DNA of 64,000 nt, from positions 15,686,001-15,750,000 of the forward strand of contig NC_087436.1 in the NCBI RefSeq assembly GCF_036321535.1. Direction: 5' to 3'. Position numbers and translations under genes: made by a program. Of this stretch, positions 13,380 through 26,825 are shown in pieces. Below the pieces are notes generated by a model. It did not search any database, was not told where the DNA came from, and saw only the letters and a program-made list of their open reading frames with translations. This stretch comes from Camelus dromedarius (taxonomy: Eukaryota). Within the stretch, counting starts at the first letter, position 1, and each line of letters opens with the position of its first letter.

Positions 13380-14136
13380 CCATGGTGTACTGATGAACCT
13401 TTAGCAACCAGCTCTCTTAAGTGTAATTCCAATATGAATATTGTTGATACTTTGATTTATATTAATGAATAAAATGAAAGTGAAACAAGCAAAACATATG
13501 TCAGAATTTCCACCCGTTTTGTCAATGGCCTGAGAACTTCTCTGCTGATTCAGATAATAGTTTTCAAATACTGGAAGAATATTTTCTCAATTTTTTGTGA
13601 TATTCATAATGTAACAGCTACAAACAGAACATGCTTTTATGTTGAATCTGCATTGTTAACATTTTCTCCATTACTTTCTTAAGTCTAGACCATCAGTAAA
13701 ATGATAAATTCAGCCCTATTTTGCCAGTTTTTGTGGTGAAAATATTCCCACCATGGCCAACATGACACCATCGATAATGAACTGGAAAAAGGTGCCCAGT
13801 GGCACATCATTATGTAGCGTCTCCACTATTCAGAAATGATAGGCATGGATCATCTTGAGAGCACAGATAATAATAAAATGTAGTAAAATAATTAGGAGAT
13901 GAGTTTTGTGTACTTATTACTTTGTTTTTGTTCTTTTTTTATGTTTTTATTTACATTCTTTTCTATTGAAGTATAGTTGGTTTGTTTGATTTATTTAATT
14001 GTAAGTTTATATAATTTATATAAAGCTTATATAATTTTTAATAATGACTATGTTTAAAAACTGGCCTGCAGAATTTCTGATAATTTAATTGTCAGATTTC
14101 ATGAGCTAGTGTGAGCTGATTCCAGTGCACCAACTG
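13380..14136. mobile_element. MER63-like hAT-Blackjack DNA transposon
   Basis: Ends catggtgtactg...agcaaccagctctc and ttccagtgcaccaactg resemble cagtggtgtgctgg TIRs. Confidence 0.7.
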
Positions 14137-15567
14137 GTAGATGTGTTCTCACTTTTCTTATATAAATATAAAATATAAATATGCAAATTACACACATGTG
14201 TACATATATATATAAGGTATGTAGATGTCTGTGTATATAATATATGTGGTTTATTTTTAAGTAAGGGATTTAAAAAATAAGATTTGAGATCACACTGAAT
14301 ATTGTTTGGGGATCCGTTTATCTACCGTATAGAAGTAAATTTCAGTATCAGTGGGTCATAGTCTGTTGCTTTGCCACAGATTTCACTTGGGGCCATTTCA
14401 CCGTGGGTAGAGCTGGTCAGGAGGGGGACTCGGTGAGAATCCTGAAAACAGTGCCTCTCCTCCCCAGTGTGAGAGGGAAGAGGGGATGCGTGGGGATGGG
14501 GCAGCATGAACCTCCCGTGGAGCAGGCCAGTTACATCAGTGTGTGGTGCCGGTGTGGCTTCCTCACTCCTCAGGCAGAGCCCTTACCTTCAGAGCATTGG
14601 CGTTCCACTCACCCGCAACAGAGCCGGACCCCTTCCTGCCATTCTCTCCTGTTTTCTCTTCTGCATCTTCTTGCTTTGCTCCTTTCCACTTTCTCCTGAT
14701 GCTTGTAAGAGGCAGATTTGCACTGTGAATCTTTTAAAATGTCCTATAAAGATAGAACTCCTTGTTCAGGGGCAGTCATACCCAGTGTCTTCATGAACAG
14801 TCATATCTTTAAATGAAGGTGTCTTCAAATATCTAATGCAAATCCTAAAACCTGTTCTTCTGTGGTTTCCCTCATCTAGCAATTTACTATAGGTGTTAGA
14901 TAATTTCTCATAACTATTGGTAGTCAAAATTTTAAATGACTTTAAAGTCCTTTAGCTGCCAGATACGTTCTTGTCTTCTAGTGGGATAGATTTCCAGTGG
15001 CTTTGCAAAAAATAGATGCTATTTTGTGGGTGCACTGCTTGCACTTCTTATGTAATACAGAAATTGTTGAGTATTTGCAGTAAAAGTTTTCACGCCCACC
15101 CGCTGTTGAAGTTTCTGTTCCAATTCCCAGAGGAGAACAATGTTGTTAGAATGAGCTCAGCTGTCTCTGTTCTCTTTTACGTTCTTAGTTTTAGGCCTTA
15201 ACAGAAACTCTAAGAACTACCAGTTTTTGAAGTACTTGGTAAATGATTTTTTAAATGTATTTATTTTTATTAGCAAAATAAAAGCATTTTAAGGCCTTTA
15301 ATATGTGAAATTACATTGATTAAGTTTTCTGTTTTGCATATGTTTATTGTTTCATTGTTGTTTCCTCCACCACTGATTAAGTGTATTTTATTCTGGCTTA
15401 GACATCACTGAGATTTGGGGAAAAGACAGAAATATAATGCTACAGGAATCTCTCAAAAGGTAAAAGGAAGGACTTAGCCAACCTATAAACCTTTGATCAA
15501 GAGATTACAAAGCTAAGAAATGAGTGTCTACGACATTCACTTTTAAAAGAGATTTTTTTTTAATTAT

Positions 15568-15648
15568 TGTTGTGTACACCAGAAATCGACACAACATTGT
15601 AAACTGAGTATACTACAATTTAAAAAAAAACAAAAGCAAAAACAAAGC
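15568..15648 (+). mobile_element. Very short L1 3' tail with A-rich end
   Basis: tgtacaccagaaatcgacacaacattgtaaactgagtatact followed by a poly-A tract. Confidence 0.7.
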
Positions 15649-17935
15649 AAGATTATTGGTGTAGAAAAACCTTGTAGTGTCATAACAAATAATTTATGCA
15701 CTTTATTAATAACATTTAAACATAGCTTTCAAAAAATATCTGCCTATTTCAAATCAAAAATGGAGCTAACATTTTAGAAGTAATACCTTTTTAAAGTTTG
15801 TGTTTCGAACTGACCTAATTTCTTTCTGTCTTGTTGGAAGCATGACTTAATATTTCGATCAGTTTCACATGCTTAAAATATGTATTTATATTTGCAGTGA
15901 AAAACAGCACACTGCCATACCTTGCGGCAGTTTTGTTTTAATCCCGTAAAGAATGGAGACACACGAAATCATGTTTCTCACCTTTTTTCTTTCCCTACTG
16001 CCTTCTACTAAACCCACTGATTTTTCACCCATTTTTATTAGTAACAAAGTTTTATTTTTTTACAAGAGAATATCATGCTGGTTAATTGAGATGAATTTGG
16101 TTTCATTTGAAAACCACCACATGCTAAGGTTAAGGCATCTTCCCAGATACTCATATGCCTACACACCCCCCTTTGTAACATTTTGTTGCTAGTCCAGCTC
16201 CAAGTACTTCTGGAACTTTTGAGTTTTGGTGCTGACTTTGCCACATCATCAGGAGACACCAGGCACCTGTGCTATGCGGTTATCTCCTCTAGGTTTCAAT
16301 CCTGAATTATTCAAAAGGAGTTAGGAATGTTGTCAAAATGAAAGCCAGAAATATTGGTCTGTACTAATTGTACCTCTACTAAAAATTAATCCCCTGACTT
16401 TTACTCTGATAGATTTATCAGGTTGTGTATAGAGTCTCATTCCTCTTTTCCTCCTTCCATCCTTCCTACCTGTCCTCCTGTATCCTTTATGACCTAAATG
16501 TCAAATAATCTATTAATCAGATACTCTTACTTATCTACATATATGTGTCTTTGATTTTTTCAGTGTCTCCAAAGGAATAGAGTTTCTCAGGTTATTTTTT
16601 AAATGTTCGATTTGTTCATGCACTAAGGAAGAAAAAAGATAGTGAAAAGCTATAGTCAGAAATGTTAGAAAAGAGCTAGTCTCCATAACTGACATCAAAC
16701 AGTGTTACCAGGTGTTCTTCTGAGGTTACAGTAGCAAGTGTAGGCGGTGGGGTCGTTACCTCTTTCTACAACCCACCCTCTTCTAGCCTTTTGCATAATA
16801 GGACCAAGAGAAGAGAAAAATAGATGATATGTTCTGATGAGAACCATCATATTGGAGTACTTCTATATGTTTAGTTAAAAAACAAACTTCTGCCATAAAG
16901 CAGATTTTTCTAGATAAGTGATATAAACTAATCTGTTACGAGAAACTTTTTCTCCTTTTTTCTCCCTGAGTATTTTTTTCATCCTTGAGCTGAGGGCTTT
17001 CACTTGGTTTTTGCTTCTTACTGTGTAGGCGTTAGGACTCTGTATATGGTCTATGATGTAGGAAACATCTGCCTTTAAATTATTCCTTCTGTAGTGTGAC
17101 CAAATGACTCTGGATTTCCACCAAGCTGCCTGTGTCCTAATTTCTCTTGCCAGATGGAGTCCCCTGCCAGTCTCGTGTCTGTCACAGGAGTTTATACTAG
17201 GTTTTCCCTGAACATCAATAAAGAAGCGACCAAAGGGATGTGTGAACCTTGTCCAGTAGAAGCTCAGCTGCATATATGTTTTTACACCAGAATGACAGGT
17301 TTTAGGGAAGGGTGTGGATTTTCTTTCTTTAAAAAAAACAAAAAACTTCTCTTTAAAAGTCATTGTTAAATAGGGTGGAATTGCATGAGTCATTTGTTTT
17401 CAGGAGACTTCTTTACTTATGATCTAAAATATTTTATGGCATGGAATATGAACATGCCAAAAGGACTTTAAAAATTACCTAATTTTTTTAATTGGCCATA
17501 ATTTTTAAAATGTAAGGTTTATATGCAACATTATTCCAGTGTCTACATTGCCTGAGAGTTTATAGTCTAGTAGAAGAAATAACAAAAACATCTCTAATAC
17601 AAGGTACCAAGTATATGAAAGACCTAATTTTAAGAAAAACAGAAATATGTACAAATTGTGAGCTTCTGTCCATAGGCTTCTCACTAGATCATGAGCATCT
17701 TACAGCCAGGGACCATGTCCTAGTTGTAAATCTTATTTCCTTGGTATCTAGCATAATGCCTGGAATGAAATAAGTATTAACTTTCTTAGTTGAAAATCAA
17801 ATTTTTCTCATAATAAATAAGTACATGCCTGTCTTTTGGTCAAAAATACAGATATCATCAGCTACTAAGACCAAAGTTTGAAAAATCAGTTTCTGGATGT
17901 TTTGGGGGCTATAAACTGAAACTGCCACACATTTC

Positions 17936-17972
<37 letters not shown>

Positions 17973-18262
17973 TTGAGTGATTTTTTTTTATTGAAGTATA
18001 GTCAGTTTACAATGTTGTGTCAATTTCTGGTGTGCATTGCTTCAGTCATGTATGAATATACATATATTTATTTTCCTATTATTTTTCACCATAAGCTACT
18101 ACAAGATACCGAATATAGTTTCCTGACCTATACAGTATAAACTCGTTTATCTATTTTATATATACCAGTCAGTATCTGCAAATCTTGAACTCCCAGTTTA
18201 TCCCTTCCTACCTCCTTCCCCCTGGTAACCATAAGTTTGTTTTCTATGTCTGTGAGTCTGTA
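17936..18262 (-). mobile_element. Young L1 3' fragment with TSD
   Basis: 17-nt TSD aaactgccacacatttc / aaactgccacttatttc (17919-17935, 18263-18279) and a long T tail. Confidence 0.88.
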
Positions 18263-18587
18263 AAACTGCCACTTATTTCTTTAACATTTTATTATCCTTC
18301 CCTTTGTCCTGGCTTATAAAGGACACTCCTTTAGAGCTATGTGATCCTTTTCACACCCTTTACCAACAAAGAACTTCTAATCATAAAATTTAATCCTTCT
18401 GTATTGCTATATATCCAGCAAAGGGAGGATTAAATTTTGTCTTTCTAAGTTTTCTACATAAACCCATTCTATAGATCAGTTTAGGTTGACTATAGAGGAA
18501 AGATATAAACTCAGAAAATACTTACTCTGGTTATTATTTCCTTGGTTCACTCAACATTTGCTTGTTGAACATGGTTATACATCAGAG

Positions 18588-19290
18588 CCGTAGTTCTCAA
18601 CCTTTTTGTGTTAACATTTGAAGATCTGGCTAAAGATCCTGTTCTCACATGTTGCAGTAAATGCCTTGTTTCTTGGGTGGTGAGTTGACATGCCCTTTCC
18701 TCTTCTCAGAGCAAATGGTACATGCCTCTGTGTCATATAACATAACCCATAGCTGCATCTGATTAACATCACTGTATGCTGTTGTGTATGACATATGGTT
18801 TGAAATTCAGCAGCACACCAGTGAAGTTTCTACTGCTTATTGCTTGGGAATTACCAGAGACTTAACTTAAAAAGAGACAGGTTCTAAAGATACTGTACAA
18901 TGAAAAATCTGTGAATAGGCAGAATAACCCCTGAAATTCCATAACTGACACTTACAGAACAGTGTTTGTTGCCAAATTAGGTGCCATGTTGGAGTCTAAA
19001 GCACCATCTCTTTTAAAAAAGGTGAAACTGGCCAGTTTTCCATCTACTTTTAGAAGACAGTACTGTTCTTCATTGAGCACCAGATGCTCACCTGCTCATC
19101 AAGGTGACATTTTGTATGAAAAATACCTATTATGAACATCAGACCCAGGCAGTTTTGGCAAGGTGTGCATACAAGGTATAACTGGGGATTGAAACTGACA
19201 GAACAAATCCAGAATCAAAATTATTTCTGAGGATTTGCTTATTAAGTAGATTGTAGGTGGAATCACCTGTACTATTCAAATGATATTTGT
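18588..19290 (+). mobile_element. Possible hAT-Charlie fossil with transposase remnants
   Basis: Begins gtagttctcaacctttt (Charlie-like TIR); degenerate GAML and C-FIEHQML segments. Confidence 0.4.
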
Positions 19291-19499
19291 TTCTCTCTGT
19301 GAGTAGGATGGAGTTTGTGGTTGTAAGTTGTGCATAATAATCGCAACTGAAATGGAAATAGTCAATTATTTGAATTTATAAGGTAAGGCTATGATAATGA
19401 CAGAGCAGCTCAACTGGTGTTGGCAGGATAGCTCTAAAAGTTTCAGCCTCATGTAATTACGGACTACAGAAATTTGTGTATTGGAAAATAGGGTAGGAA

Positions 19500-19700
19500 A
19501 TAGAACTAACATTTTCTGAGACATTAATATGTGCCAAGCACTGTGCTGTATATTTTATGTAGTTTTTTTCATTCAGTCTTAGTAACAAGCCAAAAGATGG
19601 GCAATAGTATCCACATATTGCAGATAAGAAACAATTCCAGCAAGTAAGTAAGTTGACTGAACTCAGACAAACAGGAAAGCAGGTCTCTGGCTGGCTCCCC
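19500..19700 (-). mobile_element. MIR SINE
   Basis: tatgtgccaagcactgtgct...ccacatattgcagataagaaac. Confidence 0.65.
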
Positions 19701-20259
19701 ATCCTGTACTTTCCCCACTGCAGTCCTGCTGGCCCGGAGGTACCTCGTGCATCCTGTTTGCTGTCTGTCTACCTGCCCTGCATATTCTCCATGTTCACAC
19801 ATATACTGTCAATAGAACTCATTTTACAAATGTTATAATAGGTAGAGTGTATTAATGAAACTTATTTAAATATGTATTAACTTTATTTGTCCTGAAACCA
19901 AGTATGTAGATAAAGGTTGCACATAGGATTTTCTTGTCTTTCAGAAAGATTAAGTAGAAAAATACCTGATGTAACTTGATGTTATAGTATAGATTTCAGT
20001 GATTATAACTGAGCTGTCAATGGTGATGAAAGTTAGTGAACTCAGAACTCATATAACTTTTTGCCTAAAGTTTTTGGAATATTAATAGAAGTATGTTGTA
20101 GTTTTGTTATAGTTTTTAACTTTAGCAAAAGTCATTCTAATTGAATCTCAGTTAGTTTTTACACTAATCTTTATTTTCTAATTCTTAAGAAGGAATTCAC
20201 CACCACCCCCCACCCCCACCATACCCAAATTTTAACTATGGAAGCTAATCAGAGTTTTA

Positions 20260-20426
20260 TTTAATTTTTTTTATTGAGGTATAGTTGGTGTACAGTATTA
20301 TATAAGTTTCAGGTGTACAATATAGTGATTCACAACTTCAAAGGTTATATTCCACTTACAGTTATTATAGCATAATGGCTATAATCCCTGCGTTGTAAAA
20401 TAGATCCTCGTAGCTTAATTTTTTTT
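20260..20426 (-). mobile_element. Short L1 3' tail with TSD
   Basis: Exact 14-nt TSD taatcagagtttta (20246-20259, 20427-20440). Confidence 0.85.
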
Positions 20427-21215
20427 TAATCAGAGTTTTAGAACTAAAACATAATTTGTTTTCATTAGTTTCAAGTAACTACACTTTTTTTTTTTTCCAT
20501 TCCTCACAGTTTATCAGAGCTGGTTCTACGTATTGTGATGATGGTATTAACTTAGACACTTTTAAGATGGCATTGTAGCTTTACATTTGTCTCAGCAGTA
20601 AAATATTATTTACTAACTTATACTTTCTTCTCCCATTACATAATATTGCCTTAATCTAGCAGGTAATATAGGGTGATAAAAGTTTGACTGATGCACACCA
20701 AAGATGTAAGCACAGATATTCTGGTTATTCTATAACACTATTGCTTTCTGTTTTGAGAATCAAATCAGAGTTGGCCCAAGGCTTTGTTTATAAAAGTACA
20801 TGTAATGATCTTTTCCCTGAAATGCAGCAAGTCAAGCTTTATTGTAGTCCTGAAATAGGTATCATAAAAAAGTAGTACACATAATCCATGGTTTATAAAC
20901 ACCTAACTTAAAGGTTCTTTTCATAGAATGACTGACTTTTTATGTTCCTTCTTAGAAAGACTAATTTTTTCACCTGATATAGCCATAGTACCACTTTTCT
21001 AAAACTGTTCTTGGTACTAGAAATTTCTTTTACTTCTTTCTTCTCTTCTCATCACCGCCTTTGTCCTACTCCCTCACATCCACCCCCTCCACCCCCACCG
21101 CCAGCCTTCACATTTTATCCCACTGCTGTCACCATCAACTTGGCAGCCAGAAATGGAAAGCCAACTTCTCTCCCATCCACATAAATTCTATTACTCTGTT
21201 TTGTTGACATTAGCT

Positions 21216-21432
21216 TAGTGATTCAACTGAGGGCAGTTTGCCCCCCATGGGACATTTGGCAAAGTCTAGAGAGATTTTGGGTTGTTACAACTGCAGAGGG
21301 GTAGGGGGTGTGTGCTTTTGACATCTAACAGGTAGAGGCCAAGGATGCTGCTAATCACCCTGTAATACACAGGACACTCCCCTACTCCCACCCTTAACGA
21401 ATGTCAGCAGTACCAAGGCTGAGGAAACCTGC
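21216..21432 (+). mobile_element. MER20-like hAT-Charlie MITE
   Basis: tttgcccccc..gggacatttggcaa...ggtagaggccaaggatgctgctaa...aaggctgaggaaacctg. Confidence 0.85.
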
Positions 21433-21914
21433 GCTAGTTCTATTTAAGCATCAAACCTGTGTTTTCCTCATATCTCCCAGGGCTAAATTTAGACACGCCT
21501 CTTCCAGGCTCCCATAATACCTTATATATTTTTTTTCACACTTTTGTCAATAAGACTGCATACTTCTTGAGGGAAGAGGTTATTTATCTCCAACATTGGT
21601 GTCCCCAGTTTGTGGCAAAATGCCTTTACATAGTGAGAGCTCTATAAATGAATACATGCATGCGTGAATAAGACACCCTGGACTTCTCCAGTGCCTTTCT
21701 AGCATTTCCTTTCTAGCATTTCACTTTTATCTTTTTCCTACCTCTCCTCATTATTTATCTCATTAAGTATTAGTGTGTCAATACTATCATCAATATATTT
21801 AATTCCTAAAAATGTGGATGTCCCCACAATTCAAGACATATAATACCAGCACTCCAGGATTTATTCATAAACCCTTTTAAAAAGTCAAGCATCCCATAAA
21901 CATCATGGCTGGTG

Positions 21915-23257
21915 AAGTGGTACCGGGAAAGCTGGACAGCCACGTGAAAATCAGTGAAATTAGAACACTCTAGCACACTATACACAAAAATAAACTCAAA
22001 ATGGCTTAAAGACTTAAACATAAGACAGGACACCGTAAAATTCCTAGAAGAGAACATAGGCAAAACTTTCTCTGACATGAATTATAGCAATGTTTTCTTA
22101 GGTCAGTCTCCCAAGGCAAAAGAAATAAAAGCAAAAAGAAACAAATGAGACCTAATCAAACTTATAAGCTTTTGCATAGCAAACGAAACCATCAACAAAA
22201 TAAAAAGACAACCTACAGACTGGAAGAAAATATTTGAAAACAATGTGACTGACAAGGGCTTAATTTCCAGAATATACAAACAACTCATACAACTCAATTA
22301 AAAAAGAAAAAAAAGCCCAGTCAAAAACTGGGCAGAAGACTAAATAGACCTTTCTCCGAAGAAAATATACACATGGCCAATAGGCACATGAAAAGATGCT
22401 CAGCATCGCTAATTATTCAAGAAATTCAAATCAAAACTACAATGAAGTATCACCTCACACCGGTCAGAATGGCTATCAACAAAAAAGTCTACAAATAATA
22501 AATGTTGGACAGGATGTGAAGAAAAGTGAAACTTATACACTGTTAGTGGGGATATAAATTGGTGCAGCCACTATGGAGAACAGTATGGAGGTTCCTTAAA
22601 AAACTAAAAATAGAGTGACCATATGATCCAGCACTCCCACTCCTGGGCATATATCTGGAATTTGAAAAGATACATGCACCCCATTGTTCATAGCAGCACT
22701 GTTTACAATAGCCAAGACATGGAAGCAACCTAAATGTCCATCAACAGATGAATGGATGAAGATGATGTGGTATATTTATACAATAGAATATTAGCCATAA
22801 AAAAGAATAAAATAATGCCATCTGCAGCAACATGGATGGACCTAGAGATGATCATATGAAGTGAAGTAAGACAGAGAAAGACAAATACCTTATGATATCA
22901 CTTATACATGAAATCTAAAAAAATGATACAAATGAGCTTGTTTACAAAACAGAAACAGACTCACAGATATAGAAAACAAACTTATGGTTACTAAAGGGGG
23001 AAGGGAGGGAGGGATAAATTGGGAGTTTGGGATTAGCAGATATAAACTACTACACATAAACCAGATAAACAACAAGGTTATACTATATAGTACAGGGCAC
23101 TATATTCAATATCTTTTAATAGATTATAGTGGGAAAGAATCTGAAAATGAGTATACATCTATGTGTGTGTGTGTGTGTATGCTGTACTGAATCACTGTGC
23201 TGTACACCAGAAATTAACACAACATTGTAAATCAACTATACTTCAAATTTTTAAAAA
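21915..23257 (+). mobile_element. 5'-truncated young L1 (ORF2 C-terminus plus 3' UTR), sense to SH3D19
   Basis: Exact 13-nt TSD atcatggctggtg (21902-21914, 23258-23270); the ORF YTKINSKWLKDLNIR is L1 ORF2-like. Confidence 0.93.
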
Positions 23258-23479
23258 ATCATGGCTGGTGCATACAGACCAGCTACAGTCAACAGTGCTT
23301 GTTCCAGAGAGGTCTCCAGACAAATTCCTACTTGCTTTTGAAACACTTTGCTGTCATATCCCTGACCCATGGATCTTAGTGTTTAATCTAGCTGGTCACG
23401 CCTGGCATCAACACTTCCCTCCACAGCATGTTCCCACATCCTTTGGCATGGCATTTGGGTTCCAATCCCTTATCTCTTA

Positions 23480-23830
23480 CGATGGCTTCTTCATTTGCTG
23501 TGCTCAAACAAAGCTCAGCTGTCTCTTCACTCCTGACCTTTTGCACATGCTATCTGACACTGTCTCCTCAGAACATTTCCTCTTACACATTTTTCAGGTC
23601 TCAGTGAAGACCTGTAACACATGTTGGGAGCCTTTCCTCAGACCCCAAGATCAAATGATATATACCTTCTCTGCTTCCATAGCTCCTTGTGCCTACCCAT
23701 ATGTTCTGTTAATAGAAAATCAGTTGCACTATTTGTCTTTCTCACCAGGGTCAGAATCTGTGCTTTCAGAGCATTCCTGGTGCCTTGTACATATTACCCA
23801 TCTGATAAGTACTGTTTGAAAGAATGGATG
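23480..23830. mobile_element. Probable L2 fragment
   Basis: Pyrimidine-rich cctttt gcacatgct... ending taagtactgtttgaaagaatggatga, typical of an L2 3' end. Confidence 0.5.
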
Positions 23831-25464
23831 AAACAGAATACCTCTTCTAGCCTGAAAAAATCACACCAATCTAGTTAAAACTTTCTGTTGGGAGGTGGAG
23901 ATTAATCCATACAAATGTTGAGAGCCTTTGGAGAAGGTTGTACAAGGGGATAAACTTTATATGCACTGGCGTGTTTATCAGCTTGACTAGAGGGCTGCAC
24001 CTCTAGATCACATTGGTTTAACTCCTTGTTAAGCTAATGGCTTTATTGACTGGTTCTTTAATGTATGCTCATGCCCTTTATCGAGGATTTTTATAAAGAA
24101 TGCATTTTAAAAAATATATTCAATTGTCTCTGCACGTAGAAGGAACTCCAAAAACTGATGTGATGATGACAGTGGGCACTTGCAGGCATTGTTCTGATTT
24201 GTGTACCAAACACACCAAATCCAGCGACTCCTAGATTTGTGAAAATCGTTTTGCCTCACCAAGGGGAGGAGTGGGGGGTGAATTTACAGTTGGAAACAAG
24301 CTGCTTTTTTGAAAGTTGTATAAATATTTTTTAGACTCTGTCATCTTATGATAAATAAAACATAATCTAAAATGTAAAGAAAGATTGGACTTCCCTAGAT
24401 GAGATTAAGAATGATCATTGTGCTTTGTTGTCATTGTTGACAACAGTGCAGTGTTGTATCTGCCAACCTTTGTTTTGCTCATCCCTGTATCTGCATAGTC
24501 TGCATGAAAGTCTGACGTGATATTTGAGGGGCCAGCTTTATGCCTAGGGGTATTTGCCTACCTATTGAACTTTGTGGAGCATCCGGAAACTTTTACCCAA
24601 CTACCCAAGCGTGAATTATGGACTTTTGGACTATAATCAGATGGTACTGAATTCACATCTGGCTCTGCCACTTACCAGCTGTGTGACTGCAGCCCTAACC
24701 TCTAAGCCTCAGTTCCTCCTCATTTTCAAAATGGATTGTGTGTTTGGCACACAAAATAATAAGCTGTTCTCATCATCTTCGTCGCTGAAATCTCATCATT
24801 AGAAATTCATTATGTTAAGAAACTTTTTTTTAAAATGCAGTTTTCTTTCCTAAAACCACCTTCTTTACAACTAAGTAAAGTTATATGCAAATACAGTGAG
24901 TGACCTTACAGCACAGCCCGAGAAGGGCCACTGGGGGAGAGTGGACGAAGGGACAGAAGGAAGACGGATCATCAGGCAGTCAGATCTGAGACAGTTCTGT
25001 CTTGACCCTGGCTTTTGGTTCTCCTCCTCAGTATCTGAAAGCCATTTCCCCAACCTTTTATTTCCCTTCTGGAAGTTTCTTTGACTCTTATACTCTGGAG
25101 CAGGTTTATCTGCCACACCAGGAACAAGGGCACCTGATAATAGAGCAGCAGCGCTTGAAGAGCAGAAGGCAAAAGATCTGGGTCAGCTCTGTCAAGAGCC
25201 GGGACACGGGCTTCTACATTTAGCATGGAGCAGAGATGCAGTTTCACAGCCCTTTGTTTGGTCGTGAAGGGGCCTGAGCTCAGGTTCCATCTGAACAGCA
25301 GAAATCGGAAGAAAGCCAAGTGAATTTCAAAGAAAAAAGTCTTTTAAAAACAGAAACTGCTAGGCCTACTATCTATATCAGACCCCAAAATGAGAAGCCA
25401 TCAAGGGTTGTATGTACCAGATGCTTTGTGATGCCCCTAAAGACTATGCACAAACATGAATCAT

Positions 25465-25705
25465 GCTAACAGCAGCTCACATTTATTTAACCCACACTTC
25501 CTTCCAGGCACTATGTCACATATGTATTAATGGATTCTGCCTCTGACTCCTCACAACGACCTCATGAAGGAAGTGGGTTATCCTTGCTTTTATGTGAGGA
25601 AACCAGGGGCCTTGGAGAAGCTAAGTAATTTAACTTGCACAAAGTCATACCAGCTGGCAAGCAGAGGCACCAGAAGTGAATGTGGGCTGTTGGATCCAGA
25701 ACAAG
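25465..25705 (-). mobile_element. MIR SINE
   Basis: ccaggcactatg...cctcacaacgacctcatgaag...aagtaatttaacttgcacaaagtcatacagct. Confidence 0.7.
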
Positions 25706-26361
25706 GTCTGCTGCCCCCTCCTCTGATCAGGGGTTGTGTGGCTGCATCTACTGCCCCCTGGTGGCCATCTGGTTTGGCTGTTCCCAGCTGAGACATGAGC
25801 CTGAGCTCACGCTGAGGGAGGACTTCCGTCTGTAAGGTTTTCTCTTAAGACTGTGGAGTGGTTCCTTCACCTGTAGCCTGGGCTCTGCAGAAAGATGGGC
25901 ATGAAGGGTCATCTTCAGAACCACGGTTTTTGCAAATCCTCAGCTACATTTGACATACAGAAATTCTATGCACCGCACAGCCTGGAGGCTTCTCCAGCAT
26001 CTCCCAAAACTGTTTCCCATTGAGACGTACTTAACCATGGGCCTCCTTTTTCATTCTACCTTCCACAAACTCTATCAACCTCTGAAGGAGAACTGGAAAC
26101 TTTATAGAGTTTGGGAAATGCCGTTATAGACATAAGATGTTGGTTGCTTGGTTGCTTGGTTGGTTTGTAAATCTAACCTAAAAATGATGCTGCAAGTCTT
26201 GAGAATTGTAGAACCTGAGATGACCTCAGTCAAAATTCTATTTTGTGCCAAGGTTTCCAACCCCACACGCAACTTTTATTAAAGTATAACATACAGAGAA
26301 GTACACGAAGTGTACAGCTCAATGAATTATCTCATCTACTCAGCACCCTGGACGGCCGCCC

Positions 26362-26825
26362 TGTGTTAGTTTCCTGGGGCCGCCGTAACGAAGTACCACA
26401 CACTAGGTGACTTATAGTGACAGAAATTAATGTCTCACAGCTCTGGAGTCTAGAAGTCTGAAACCCAGTCTGTCAGCGGGGTCCTGCTTCCTCTGAAAGC
26501 CGCAGGGGAGTCCGTCCTTGCCTCTTCTTGGCTTCTGGGGCCAGTGGGCCGTCGGCGGCATTCCTTGGCCTGCAGCCACATCACTCCCATCCTCCTGCCT
26601 CTGACATCACGTGGCACTGCCCCTGTGTATCTCTGTCTCCACATGGTCTTCCAAGTACACCAGTCACGTTAGAACTAGAGGCCCACCCTACTCTAGTATG
26701 ACTTTCTCTTTACTGTAGAAATTATATCTGTATTGACCCTGTTTCCAAATAAGGTCACATGCTGAAGTACTAGAGCTGAGGGCTTCAACGTGTCTTTTTT
26801 GGAGGGGGAGCAATTCAACCCAAAC
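26362..26825 (-). mobile_element. MLT1-like (MaLR) solo LTR
   Basis: tgtgttagtttcctggggccgccgtaacgaagtaccac...ttccaaataaggtcacat...caattcaaccc. Confidence 0.85.

Noticed and set aside
16875..17393. 172-aa minus-strand ORF (similarly 7131-7601 and 26932-27417)
   Set aside because: No recognisable domain or splice structure; ORFs of this length can arise by chance in 64 kb.
23163..23819. 218-aa ORF
   Set aside because: A chance frame spanning a (TG)n repeat, an L1 tail and probable L2 sequence, with no protein-like character.
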